From the NCBI GenBank assembly GCA_008632985.1, contig QPGO01000047.1, positions 124,001-188,000 of the forward strand: a stretch of DNA of 64,000 nt, in the 5' to 3' direction. A program made the position numbers and the translations under genes. Below the pieces are notes generated by a model. The model ran no database searches. It was not told the origin of the DNA and was given only the letters and a program-made list of their open reading frames with translations. The DNA is from Psammoneis japonica. Its lineage: Eukaryota. Below are positions 25,202 to 35,230 of the stretch, in pieces (within the stretch, counting starts at the first letter, position 1; each line of letters begins with the position of its first letter).

Positions 25202-25538
25202 TATTGCTTTGGTGAAGTAGGTTTTTGTCGTTTAGAGTAGCGAAAGCCTTTTTTGTGACAGAACAATCATTGCTAATGTGATACAACGATAGTCTCCAGC
25301 GTCCTTCGAAGAAGCTTGGTCCTTTCTGCCTGAGCAAATTTCACACTCAGCGCCCGCGCAGCGCCCAGAGAAATGAGCGCGAGAATACTGTAGAAGTCTA
25401 CGCCACCTATTGGGGATTGATTACATTTATTCAGATATGTTTACTTATTTTAAATTTTGAAATGTTTGATTGATTGGAACTCCCTCCACGCCGTCTGCTT
25501 GTCTGCCCTCTACTGTACAAAGCTAGTATTTCCTGGTT

Positions 25539-25550
25539 GATGACGTCATC
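25539..25550. promoter_or_regulatory. Palindromic CRE-like element GATGACGTCATC in a divergent promoter
   Basis: Perfect 12-bp palindrome containing TGACGTCA, between two divergent genes. Confidence 0.35.
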
Positions 25551-25684
25551 TCCGAACCCAAATTTTTTGCTTGACACGAAGTTGAAGTGTCACCTCATTT
25601 TTTACGACGCGAAAGATTCGTTCATTGTTCTGGTTACCCCTAACATACACCAGATCATCGATAGGAGACTTTCAGACCAGAGTA

Positions 25685-26589
25685 ATGTTCTGCATCAAGA
25701 AGCTTACGTTAGGGCTTGTTGCCAGCGTCATCTTCGCTTCAAACTGCGTCGACGCTAGAGTGTTTGCACCACGCAGCAACGCGTTGAGGATCAAGGGACA
25801 AAAGCATGCTAATCTGGAGAACTCGAACGTGTTACAAATCCGAGGTGGGGCGGGCCCTTGGATCCCATGTTGACCGCCAAAGTGGTCACGGGAGCTGGCT
25901 TGGCATCTGGTCTCTATTCACACTTGGCTCCTACAAAATCCAACGAAGCTTACGGTCTCACGAGCTCATCGTACACGGTCGAGTGGTTGACGAGCGCATT
26001 TGGGTTGGGTCTAATCGCATATTCCATCTTTTCGTACTGTCTGCTTGTCAAGGATACAGGCGTGAACTTAGCGGTGGGTTATGCATTGATTCCTTGGGTT
26101 ATTGACAATCTTCGCCAGGTGCTTAATGGCGATGAAAGCGACGCCATCAAAGCCGGGTTCGGAAATGAAGGGTTTGTATTTGCCTTGGCGTTGAACGCTC
26201 TTACGATGTATGGCTCCACACAAGACTGGGCCGACAAGATTGTCAAAGTCACAGCCACCGTATGGGGTTTGTCTGGACTTCAGATGGCGTTGGCTCCGCA
26301 GTCAGCGGCCAAGTCGTGGGGTGCAAAGGAGGATCTTGATATCGCGGGCAAGAGCTACATGCGGAGTATGGGTTTCTACTTGTTAGCCCACTATGTCCCA
26401 ATTCTCTCCATTATCTTTAAAGATACTGCTCCTTTAAAGGCATTTGGTCTGGGCTGTGTTAGCTGGTTCGCTTCGATGGCTACTCAGCTTTTCATCACGA
26501 AAGACGTTGAGAATTTGGGACTTCCTTTGGGCCCCATGTACTTTTGGTTGGTCTTTCACGCTGTGGCAATTGGAACGATCCTCTTTTGA
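25685..26589 (+). CDS. Multi-pass membrane protein with signal peptide; apparent 1-nt frameshift near 25857
   Basis: MFCIKKLTLGLVASVIFASNCVDA...LQIRGGAGP continues in another frame as LDPMLTAKVV..., giving an RGGAGPLDP junction once one base is restored. Confidence 0.7.
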
Positions 26590-26804
26590 GACTTTATCCC
26601 TGGGGCCTACATGTTTCATATTTCACGACCAAAGGTTCAACGAAGATTTACAAGATCCGAACTCATGTACGCGTCGAATTCGTCTGTGATTAGTTATGAT
26701 GAGCAATTACAATAGATACTGATGCAACTACTACTGGAAACTAGTATGCCTTACATGCTTAGAGTCAATCGCCAATTCAGAACTCCCTATGAATTTCGTA
26801 CTCT

Positions 26805-28445
26805 CTAGGCGGTGTGCTTTGACTGAAAACCACAAACTCCAACAGGCGCAGGCACGCCTTTAAGCGTAAGTTCCGTTTCTCTTGTTTGTTGAAACGACCC
26901 GCTTTCCAATAGTTTTTCGAAAGCCGTTGTGGCAGCAGATTCCTTCAGAACGTCTTTTGTCACGAGGCACTCTCCGCCATTTGCCTTGCCTTCAATCCGT
27001 GCCGCAACATTAACAGTAGAACCAAAGTAGTCGTTGATACCATTCAATGGCACAACCACGGCAGAACCTGCGTGAATTCCAACCCGAATCTGCAGCGAGT
27101 TGCCACTGGGGCGTTTGACTTTATGAATGGACTCGAGTGCCTCAGCCATTGCCAAAATGGCTGCTTCGCCAGACGAAAAGGCTCCCATGACGGCGTCTCC
27201 TACAGTCTTTACAATTCGACCTCGGCTTGCCATGGCTCCAAACAAAATTTCAAAATGATCTTGGATGACCTGCAGAGCTGCGCCATCGCCAGACGATTCG
27301 TACAAGTCCGTGCTGGACACAACGTCGGTAAAAACCAACACCACCTTTTTGATACCAAATCGTGATGACTTGGAAACGACTTGATCACCAAAGAGCCTCT
27401 GAAAGGAAGGGACGTGAAGACAGTCGGCAGCACTAGCGTACGGCTTGCGCTCCTCCACGGGTACGTAGTATTTTGTGTGATCGTCCTCTTCCAGATCCTT
27501 GTATACCCAAAGAGCCATGAGACTCTCCATGTCACACAACAAATCAAAGCGGACCTTTCCATGTTCCAACGTAAACGATTTCCGAACTGCTCCAGTTGCC
27601 GGTTGCTTGATTTCCGATGTCTTTAGTAGCAAACGAAGCGGCTCGTCATTTTCAACGGCGTCTCGTTTGACGTCCACAAAGCACTCAACCCTCGAAAATG
27701 GGCAATGTAGTCTGTATAGTCCTTTGGTCAGGGCTGGATGGGACTTGTCTTGTTCGCCATAACCAAACAAGTAGCTGTACTTGGTGTTGTTGGTAGTGGG
27801 AATTCCATACATAAAGTAGCGAAAAGAAGGCATGCGTGGAGACGAGGGAGAGTGCGGGCATTCCCAACCCGTTACTGGAAAATACATGACTTCTGGATCA
27901 ATCAGAAAGAAGATCTTGACTTGATCCAGCGTATCTGTTACATTTTGATTTCCACATAGGCCACAGGTTTGCGTTTTCGTCAAGTCATGCAGAGACGTCA
28001 CTTCCTTGGTCCCTCCAGCACACCGACTACATTCAGCGGACCACACCATTTCCATCAGTCCAGCTGTAGTTGCATAATTGAACTCTGTCAGCACAACGTC
28101 AAGCGGGAGATTGTTTTTGTTTGCAAATTCTCTAGGCAGAACTGGAATCAAGTGCTCAAATGTCGAAACGACTTGGCCCATCGCTACGACCTGAGCGGAC
28201 GTACAAACCATACAGGTGTTTTCTTCATCAGGTTCTTGATATCCATGCCCTCTTGCTACCGCGAGTGTTTCACGAAATTTGCTCCATACCTCTTCATTAA
28301 AGGGCGGATCCGACGGGTCACGTACGGATTCACGGCGACAGGCTTCGAGTCGCCGATCCAACAAGTCTAAATCGGCTGTAAAGGGCTCTCGTCCCTTCAC
28401 AATCCTTGTTCGGTTGTGAGGACGAGAAATGTCAATTTTGCTCAT
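26805..28445 (-). CDS. Class III adenylate/guanylate cyclase with N-terminal Zn-ribbon (DUF5939-like) region
   Basis: Cyclase motifs VFTDVVSSTDLY, IVKTVGDAVMGAF, RVGIHAG, DYFGSTVNVAARIE, LKG. CSRC...CGLC in the N-terminal half. Intronless. Confidence 0.9.
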   Translation of the reverse strand: MSKIDISRPHNRTRIVKGREPFTADLDLLDRRLEACRRESVRDPSDPPFNEEVWSKFRETLAVARGHGYQEPDEENTCMVCTSAQVVAMGQVVSTFEHLIPVLPREFANKNNLPLDVVLTEFNYATTAGLMEMVWSAECSRCAGGTKEVTSLHDLTKTQTCGLCGNQNVTDTLDQVKIFFLIDPEVMYFPVTGWECPHSPSSPRMPSFRYFMYGIPTTNNTKYSYLFGYGEQDKSHPALTKGLYRLHCPFSRVECFVDVKRDAVENDEPLRLLLKTSEIKQPATGAVRKSFTLEHGKVRFDLLCDMESLMALWVYKDLEEDDHTKYYVPVEERKPYASAADCLHVPSFQRLFGDQVVSKSSRFGIKKVVLVFTDVVSSTDLYESSGDGAALQVIQDHFEILFGAMASRGRIVKTVGDAVMGAFSSGEAAILAMAEALESIHKVKRPSGNSLQIRVGIHAGSAVVVPLNGINDYFGSTVNVAARIEGKANGGECLVTKDVLKESAATTAFEKLLESGSFQQTRETELTLKGVPAPVGVCGFQSKHTA

Positions 28446-28628
28446 TGTCGGTAGTATTTCTTGTTGCTTCCAAAAGCAATGCCAAATGCCATATCATCCG
28501 ACATCATCTCTGTAATAGCTCTATTCAAACATCTTCGCTAGCTAGTTCCAAGTTTGGCGGATGCGCTGCTGAGAAGAGATCCTTTCAAATTATCATATTT
28601 ATATCTTTTTCAATATAAAATTGAACGC

Positions 28629-28636
28629 TGACGTCA
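28629..28636. promoter_or_regulatory. CRE palindrome TGACGTCA in the divergent promoter of the cyclase and the CIA30-domain gene
   Basis: Exact 8-mer about 185 bp upstream of the cyclase ATG. Confidence 0.3.
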
Positions 28637-28766
28637 TCATCAAATTTCCAAAAAAATTGACTCACACAAAAAGATCAACGAAGTGCGAAGTGCACCGTGA
28701 AAGGTCAAAGGTGAAAAAGACACCGCTGAGCTGACCGCTTCATCATTGTTCCCAGGTACCGTAGCT

Positions 28767-30323
28767 ATGCCGCCAGCGTTAATGTCATTAAGCATGACGA
28801 TGGGAAACCTTTCATGGCGCCTCTTGATGGCAATGGCGATTGCGACGTCGTTCCTCTCTTATGCTTCCGCATACAACACAGACGCGGGAGCAATTGTTCT
28901 TGAATCGTTCCAAAACCCTCAACACAAATGGTCTGCGCTCAACGATCCAGTCATGGGCGGCAGGTCCAAGGGAACGCTTACGATTGAAAACGGCAGGGCT
29001 CATTTCAAAGGTAACGTCGCTATTGTTCCTTCGCTACAAGCTCCAGGCTTTATCACTATTCGTTCTCGACCTTTCAATGGTATTTATCCCGACATTTCTT
29101 CTTGCAACGCACTCACTATCGAATTGCAAGCCTACCAAGAGTATTCAGGATATCGTATTAGTTTTGGAAATGCTCATGTTCCGGGTGGGCGCTTTGCGTT
29201 TGGATACAAGTCGGATATGCCTGTGTCGGTGGAAAAAGGCATGCACACCGTGACGATTCCCTTTACAAACTTTACAGACAATTGGGACGATGCTACTGGC
29301 GACCCCAAGGTGACGTGTCAAGAGGATTCTAGGTACTGTCCTTCACTAAAGGCATTGCACAATGTTCAGACCATTAGTGTTTGGGGAGAAGGAGTTGAGG
29401 GGATTGTGGATTTGGAAATCAAGTCAATTGGAGCAAGCGGGTGTGCAGCAGACGCTGTAAAGGACGCAGCCGAGATGAACTGGAACGTCGACGAAGAAAC
29501 GATAGAGGAAGCGTCGGCCGAAAACCTCATCACATCTCATCTCCATAAGAACGGAAATTCCATTCTTATTGAAGACTTTGAAAATCCGTCCCTTACATGG
29601 TCTCAAAAGAACGATCCTGTCATGGGAGGTGAATCGACTGGGACTTTTCAAGTCAGGAATGGCGTGGGTGTATTTCAAGGCCAAGTCAAAATTGTTCCTT
29701 TCTTGCAAGCCCCTGGTTTTATAAAGGTACAAGCGAGTGGGGACTTTCCAGACGTATCGTCTTGTTCTGCCTTGGCTCTCCAAGTCATGGCGACCGAGCC
29801 ATACAAGGGTTTTCGGGTCAGTTTTGGTCTCAAGAGCGCACCGGGGAGCATGAAGTATATCCGTGGATTCAAGTCCGACATGACTGTTGTTGCGGACGGG
29901 TCATTTCATACTGTGCATTTAATGTTTGAAGACTTTACCGACAAGTGGGACCCCGCTACGGGGGATGCGGTTGTGACTTGCCAAGAGGATGCTCAGTTCT
30001 GTCCAGACCTGGAAACGTTGAGAGATATCAAGCAGTTTTCAATTCTGGGTGAGGGTGTCGCTGGCAAAGTGGAACTTTATGTTCGAACTATTCATGCCGT
30101 CAACTGTACTGCCGTTGGATCTCCTTTACCGACCCTCTCGGCGAGACTTACGTCAGTTCCTGCCATTAGAACTGAAATGGCAGCCCCTTTAGGACTCTTG
30201 GCTTTGGCAATTCTTATCTCCGTTTCTACAGTGGCTATGGCGCTACGACGTCGATCTCGACGTCTGTCGCAGGTCAACTACGAAGAAATCCAGCCTTCAA
30301 ATCCAGAAGGAAGTCTGGCTTAA
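28767..30323 (+). CDS. Type I membrane/secreted protein with two tandem CIA30 (NDUFAF1-like) domains
   Basis: Two copies of W...NDPVMGG.S.G...F.G.V.IVP.LQAPGF and F.D.WD.ATGD..VTCQED. Signal peptide, and C-terminal TM followed by RRRSRR. Confidence 0.85.
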   Translation: MPPALMSLSMTMGNLSWRLLMAMAIATSFLSYASAYNTDAGAIVLESFQNPQHKWSALNDPVMGGRSKGTLTIENGRAHFKGNVAIVPSLQAPGFITIRSRPFNGIYPDISSCNALTIELQAYQEYSGYRISFGNAHVPGGRFAFGYKSDMPVSVEKGMHTVTIPFTNFTDNWDDATGDPKVTCQEDSRYCPSLKALHNVQTISVWGEGVEGIVDLEIKSIGASGCAADAVKDAAEMNWNVDEETIEEASAENLITSHLHKNGNSILIEDFENPSLTWSQKNDPVMGGESTGTFQVRNGVGVFQGQVKIVPFLQAPGFIKVQASGDFPDVSSCSALALQVMATEPYKGFRVSFGLKSAPGSMKYIRGFKSDMTVVADGSFHTVHLMFEDFTDKWDPATGDAVVTCQEDAQFCPDLETLRDIKQFSILGEGVAGKVELYVRTIHAVNCTAVGSPLPTLSARLTSVPAIRTEMAAPLGLLALAILISVSTVAMALRRRSRRLSQVNYEEIQPSNPEGSLA

Positions 30324-30519
30324 AAAAGCTTTCGGCTAATAAGGTTTTATTCTAAGTTATGTACGCATGAAATACTAATGTATCTGCGCAGGGGCATGAA
30401 CTTATGTACCGGGAAGGAAGTATTCAATACAACGCATCTTCTAACCTTGTGCATGGTCATGAACCTCATGTAAGTACGTACGCAACATGAATGCATCTGC
30501 CAAGCATGGGCATCAATCT

Positions 30520-32232
30520 CTATTTGATGGCTTGGTCCACAATGATACCAATAATCACAGCAACCGCCGCAACGATGAGTACCCAAGCCCAGATATCCGA
30601 TGAGAATACGGTAGAGTAGTGAGTCCACACAGGCAAGTCTTCCTTTATCATCCGACGACGACTTTTGATCAAGAGCACCGAGGGGCAGACCGTGTAGCTC
30701 AGCAACGTGAAGATACCGCCGTATATGGCTAAGATGTCAAGTTCCTTCACAAACACGGCTCCAATCACTTGAGGAACGCTTGCGAGGAGACGGAAAAAAC
30801 TTCGTTTCTTCCAATCCAGATGTACTGCTATAGAGTTCTCGGGGTAGAGGAAGTCAATGATAATTTCACTTAAAGAAATTGCAATCAACGGAAATACCGC
30901 CAAGCTATCCATTGCGGCAAACAAGACAATGTATCCTCGAAGTAAGCTCGCCCAACCAGGTCGATTGGGCTCGGCTGAATGATACTCTTCCCAATTAAGA
31001 TTGCTGCTTTCTTGCATGTTGTCTCGTCCAAAGTAAATACTGAGGACCAACGCTAGAATCAAGTTTGAGACAAAGATGAAGCTCACCCCGACTTTAAAGA
31101 TGGGTATAATAATCTTCTTGTTGTGACTAATGCTTGCAGTCATTGGAACTGCAAACTGAAACGCTGTAGAAAAGATAGCCGTCTGTATGACAAGAATCAA
31201 GTATCCAAAATCTGCCAATGGAATGTCATCGACAGGTCCGACTTGTGTTCCAAATTGAGGAACACTAGATACATATCCCACAGCCACTGTGGCGAGCATG
31301 AGTGCCACCATTACGAGCCGTGCTCCCAAAAAGATGAGCTGAATGAAAAGCTGGTCCAGAATTGGAACCAACGTGAGCGGACTGGTAACCGCCATGAATG
31401 CAAGAACATAGATCTTATAATCCATATCCCCACTTCCAAATGGAAGAAAGCCCGCAAACGTAGCACCAAAGACGGATGCAAACAACCAGGTGATTCCATA
31501 CAAATCTCCCATGAGCGCAACCGTGAAGAAGATGGTGGGCCATTTACCGAGAAAGATGTGCGAGAGTTTGGTTAACTCGTACTTTCTGGTCCGAACTGCC
31601 ATGGAATACCTCCTTCCATTGATTCCTCGGAGGCTCCTTTCTCCGGAAGGAAGGATTTCCGAATTAGCAAGAGCCTCTGCTCGCGCGCATGTGTTCAGTA
31701 CAAACGAAGAAGTAATGAATGACTGAAGGGCAACGCAAGCAAAGACAATCGTCGACAAGAGGGTTCCCGCCTTTGCAAAGGCATGGGGTAGGAGCAAGAA
31801 CCCGGCGCTGACGTAGTTGATGACAATGCAAGTCAGAGTATAGCGTGATAGTCCTGGTTTGGGGTCCACTACGCTCATGGTCATGATGGAATTGATGGAT
31901 GTGGTTGAAGAACGTCGTCGAGGAGAACTGGCAGTTTCGTCTGAAGAGCGAGGGAATGCTTCGGGAATATCACTCTCTGTCATTGTAGATCCATAGAGTA
32001 GCCCAGGGCGTCCATTCAGTGCTCGACCAGAGTCATTATCATCTACTACGATCTTTCTGTCGTCGTTCGTCATTTCTTGTTTTAGATCTGCTTGGGCCGA
32101 GGAGGAATCACTGTCTCCACTGACTCCTACTGATATATCTTCCACCGGACATGAAACGGTTTCTGGTACTGGTTGACCAATAGCGGTCCATTCCTCGCCC
32201 GGTGAAGGGCCTGAACTAGCATCAGTTGCCAT
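30520..32232 (-). CDS. Amino acid transporter-like protein (AAAP/TMEM104-like)
   Basis: INYVSAGFLLLPHAFAKAG, YELTKLS..FLG, about 11 hydrophobic segments, acidic N-terminal tail. Confidence 0.85.
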   Translation of the reverse strand: MATDASSGPSPGEEWTAIGQPVPETVSCPVEDISVGVSGDSDSSSAQADLKQEMTNDDRKIVVDDNDSGRALNGRPGLLYGSTMTESDIPEAFPRSSDETASSPRRRSSTTSINSIMTMSVVDPKPGLSRYTLTCIVINYVSAGFLLLPHAFAKAGTLLSTIVFACVALQSFITSSFVLNTCARAEALANSEILPSGERSLRGINGRRYSMAVRTRKYELTKLSHIFLGKWPTIFFTVALMGDLYGITWLFASVFGATFAGFLPFGSGDMDYKIYVLAFMAVTSPLTLVPILDQLFIQLIFLGARLVMVALMLATVAVGYVSSVPQFGTQVGPVDDIPLADFGYLILVIQTAIFSTAFQFAVPMTASISHNKKIIIPIFKVGVSFIFVSNLILALVLSIYFGRDNMQESSNLNWEEYHSAEPNRPGWASLLRGYIVLFAAMDSLAVFPLIAISLSEIIIDFLYPENSIAVHLDWKKRSFFRLLASVPQVIGAVFVKELDILAIYGGIFTLLSYTVCPSVLLIKSRRRMIKEDLPVWTHYSTVFSSDIWAWVLIVAAVAVIIGIIVDQAIK

Positions 32233-32954
32233 GGTGATGGTGGAGATCGTTTCGTGACAAGTGACAAGTGAAAGCGTTGACACTTTATTGTGGAAGCCTA
32301 CCATACACGCATACTGTACAACGAACCTTCGTACGTATCCTGATCGTGGCTTCAAGTTGAAGAACAATGAATGACGTAATCGACTGCAATGGTACTGTAC
32401 GACGTGTGCGTTCTGTAACTATTCTCTAATGAGAGCTTTTATAACTGCAAGAAACACCATTTTTGTCACAAATAATAAATGATAAAAAGGTCTAGTAACG
32501 GCAAATTGTGTCTTCTAACTTGTGTTGCGAAAACCGGTCAACAGGGAGACGTCATTGGTGGACATCATGGCATGATGGATGGAAGTCTTCTTTCGCCGCT
32601 TCCTTTTCGGCTCCTCACTTCCCACCGCTCGCTCTCAACCCGCGCCTCCCTGGCAGTCTCCCGCTGCTCTCCACAACTCTGATGCCTCCTGCTCTGCCTT
32701 TCTTCATGCCCCCTCCTCCCCTGCGCTGACTTCACCTGCTGCTGCGGAGCCCACCTTGGCACCACCGATCGCTTTGGCAGCACACATCGCTCTGCATGCC
32801 AAGCTGCAAGCAGCACCCAGTGCCACCTCTCTTCTTGTGCCACTTGGTTCCTTCCCCTGCCCTGTCCACACACCAAATGCCCTGCTGCTCGTCGCTGTGC
32901 CCCCCTCTGTCACCCCCCCGCAGCCACCACCGCCGCTCTGAGACAGCTGCCTTG

Positions 32955-33200
32955 ACACCATTTTGCACCCTTGGCAACATTGTGCCCTTGGCCACCTTGT
33001 GCTTTCTGTTGTTTTGAACCCACAGCCACCATTTTGCACCCTTCTTAATTTTGCGACCTTTCGCATTTTGCACATTTTGAGATTTTTTGCCCTCGGTTTG
33101 TGCCCTTGGCAGTTTTGCGCCCTTTGAAATTTTTGCCCTTGGCCATTTTGGGCTCTTTGTCATTTTGTGCCATGAGCCACAATTTTGCCCCCTCTGAGTT
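32955..33200. repeat. Cluster of short ttttgc(a)ccctt(ggc) motifs
   Basis: About 8 variants of tgcccttggc / ttttgcaccc in about 250 bp. Confidence 0.65.
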
Positions 33201-33840
33201 GGCATGCTGAGTTGCACCCCAAAGTTGGCATGCCAAGTTTTCCCCCAAAGTTCGAGTTTGCCAAGGTTCGACACACCTGTGGCAAGTCGCCCACGTGTTT
33301 GCCTCCCAAGCCAGCAAATTTTGGTGGTTAAATTTGGGTTTGTGTTTTGCTTCTTTGGAAAATGTCTCATTTTCATTGAGATGAGTCGGCTTGACAACTT
33401 GTGCCATTTTGTGGGGCTGAATGAGTTGTGAAGGTGTCTGCCCACATGTCAGTCATGTGTTGTGATTGAAATCATGGGGAGTCACTTTTGGGTGTTCTTT
33501 GGCGACCATGATTGTGTTTTAGAACTTTGACTCCAAGGCTTTCAACCAATCTGACCTCAAATCCATCACTGCAGACTCCTCAAGCAAACTGTGGAGTGAC
33601 AGGATTTGAACAAAATTTCAGTTCATCACACATGATCATGTGTGCTCGCAGCTCCGCACGCAGCACATGATGCACTTTGCTTTCAAGCCACTTGGCTCAC
33701 AAGAACGACAACAACAGCTCTGACATCATGACACCAGTCTTTTGACTCCTGTGGTGGTCTCTGCATGGAGACTCATCTGCTGTTTAGACAGCAGTGAGGA
33801 GTCATTGTTTTCTTCCACCCAATCATCTTCAATTTCTGTC

Positions 33841-33930
33841 ACTTGCCAAACTCGCCAAACTTGCCAAACTCACCAAACTTGCCAAACTCATCAAACTTGA
33901 CAAACTTGGATGCCTTGCCAAACTCGAAAA
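33841..33930. repeat. 9-bp minisatellite (AAACTYRCC), about 8 copies
   Basis: acttgccaaactcgccaaacttgccaaactcaccaaacttgccaaactcatcaaacttgacaaactt. Confidence 0.9.
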
Positions 33931-33999
33931 ACTCACACCGCTGCAACAACAATCCTGGGCCAAAGCAGAAAAGTCAAGGGGGGGTCATCCCCACATTCA

Positions 34000-35230
34000 T
34001 CCCAAAATGGTGTTTGTTTCCGAATGCAAAAAATTGTTTGCATTCACACCAGATCATGCAAAAAATGAGAACCACCAGGCACTGCAGTCAAAGCATGACA
34101 ATGATGCAATCATCAATCTTTCTTGAAAACACAGCGGGGCAACCACAAACTTTTGATCCACGTGTGATCTTTGACACAAAAAAGGAGCACAGCTGGAAGA
34201 TTTGGTGTGTCAGATGTGACGCTGATGATGCCCCCAGTGTCAGAAGGTTTCTCCAGCTCGTTGACCTCTGCTTCACAATGGGCACCCTTTTCAGCTTCAC
34301 TGTCATCATGAGAGCCCCTCTTCGTCATCCAAAACTTTCTTCTGTGCCTCTTCTGGCTGGGTCTCCCACACCACAAAGCCATCAACAGAAGCTTTTTGCT
34401 TCAGAGATGCTGGGGTTTCTTCTTCTGTCTTGTTCATTGTTGCTGGCTTCATCCTTTGCTGCATCTTCAGCACCACCTGTTGCTGCTTCTGGCTCTTTTG
34501 CAGGCACTTGGTTTTCTTTGTGATTTTGCAACGGATTTTTGGTGCTGTGTTCTGGGGTTGGGGGGAAGCTGTTGTTTGGAGCATCATCCTGTTCTGCATC
34601 TTCAACACTGCCTTTCACTGCTTCTGGCTCTTTTGCAGGCACTTGGTTTTTTTGTGATTTTGCAGTGGAACTTCCGGGAATCATTGTTTGGAGCATCATC
34701 CTGCGCTGCATCTTTGACACCACCTTTTGCTGCTTCTCTGGCTCTTTTGCAGGCACTTGGTTTTCTTTGTGATTTTGCAATGGATCTTTTGGAATCTTGG
34801 CACTGTCTTCTGGGTTTGGGTGGGAGTTGTTGTCTTGGGCATGTTCAGAGTTAAAATGTGCAGCACTGACTGTGCCATGTGGGTCCATTGCTGGGTCCAT
34901 TGTGGCTGACTCTTCTTTGTCTGTGACGTGTTCAGATTGGATGTGAGAAGTGCAGACTGTGCAATTTGGGACCATCGCTTGCTCCATTTTGCCCGACTCA
35001 CCTGACCAAATGGCACTGCTTTCCATTTTGTCCTCCTGGGCAGGTTCTTCAATTTGTGGACCTTCCTGCTGGTGCCCAGCCAACAACTGATTTTTGTCAT
35101 TGTGCTCAGCGTCTGCTCTGTCTTGAGACTCACCCTTGCACTGGCACTTCTCAAACCCACCTTTGTTGACCTCTCTGCACTCACATGGCTTGTGATTGAG
35201 GAAACTTCCAGCAGATGAGTGTTGCCTCAA
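34000..35230 (-). pseudogene. Relic low-complexity acidic protein with 3 internal KENQVPAKEPE repeats
   Basis: ORF 34382-35230 repeats K(E)NQVPAKEPE. DNA motif ctggctcttttgcaggcacttggtttt occurs near 34489, 34624 and 34738. No Tyr. Confidence 0.55.
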
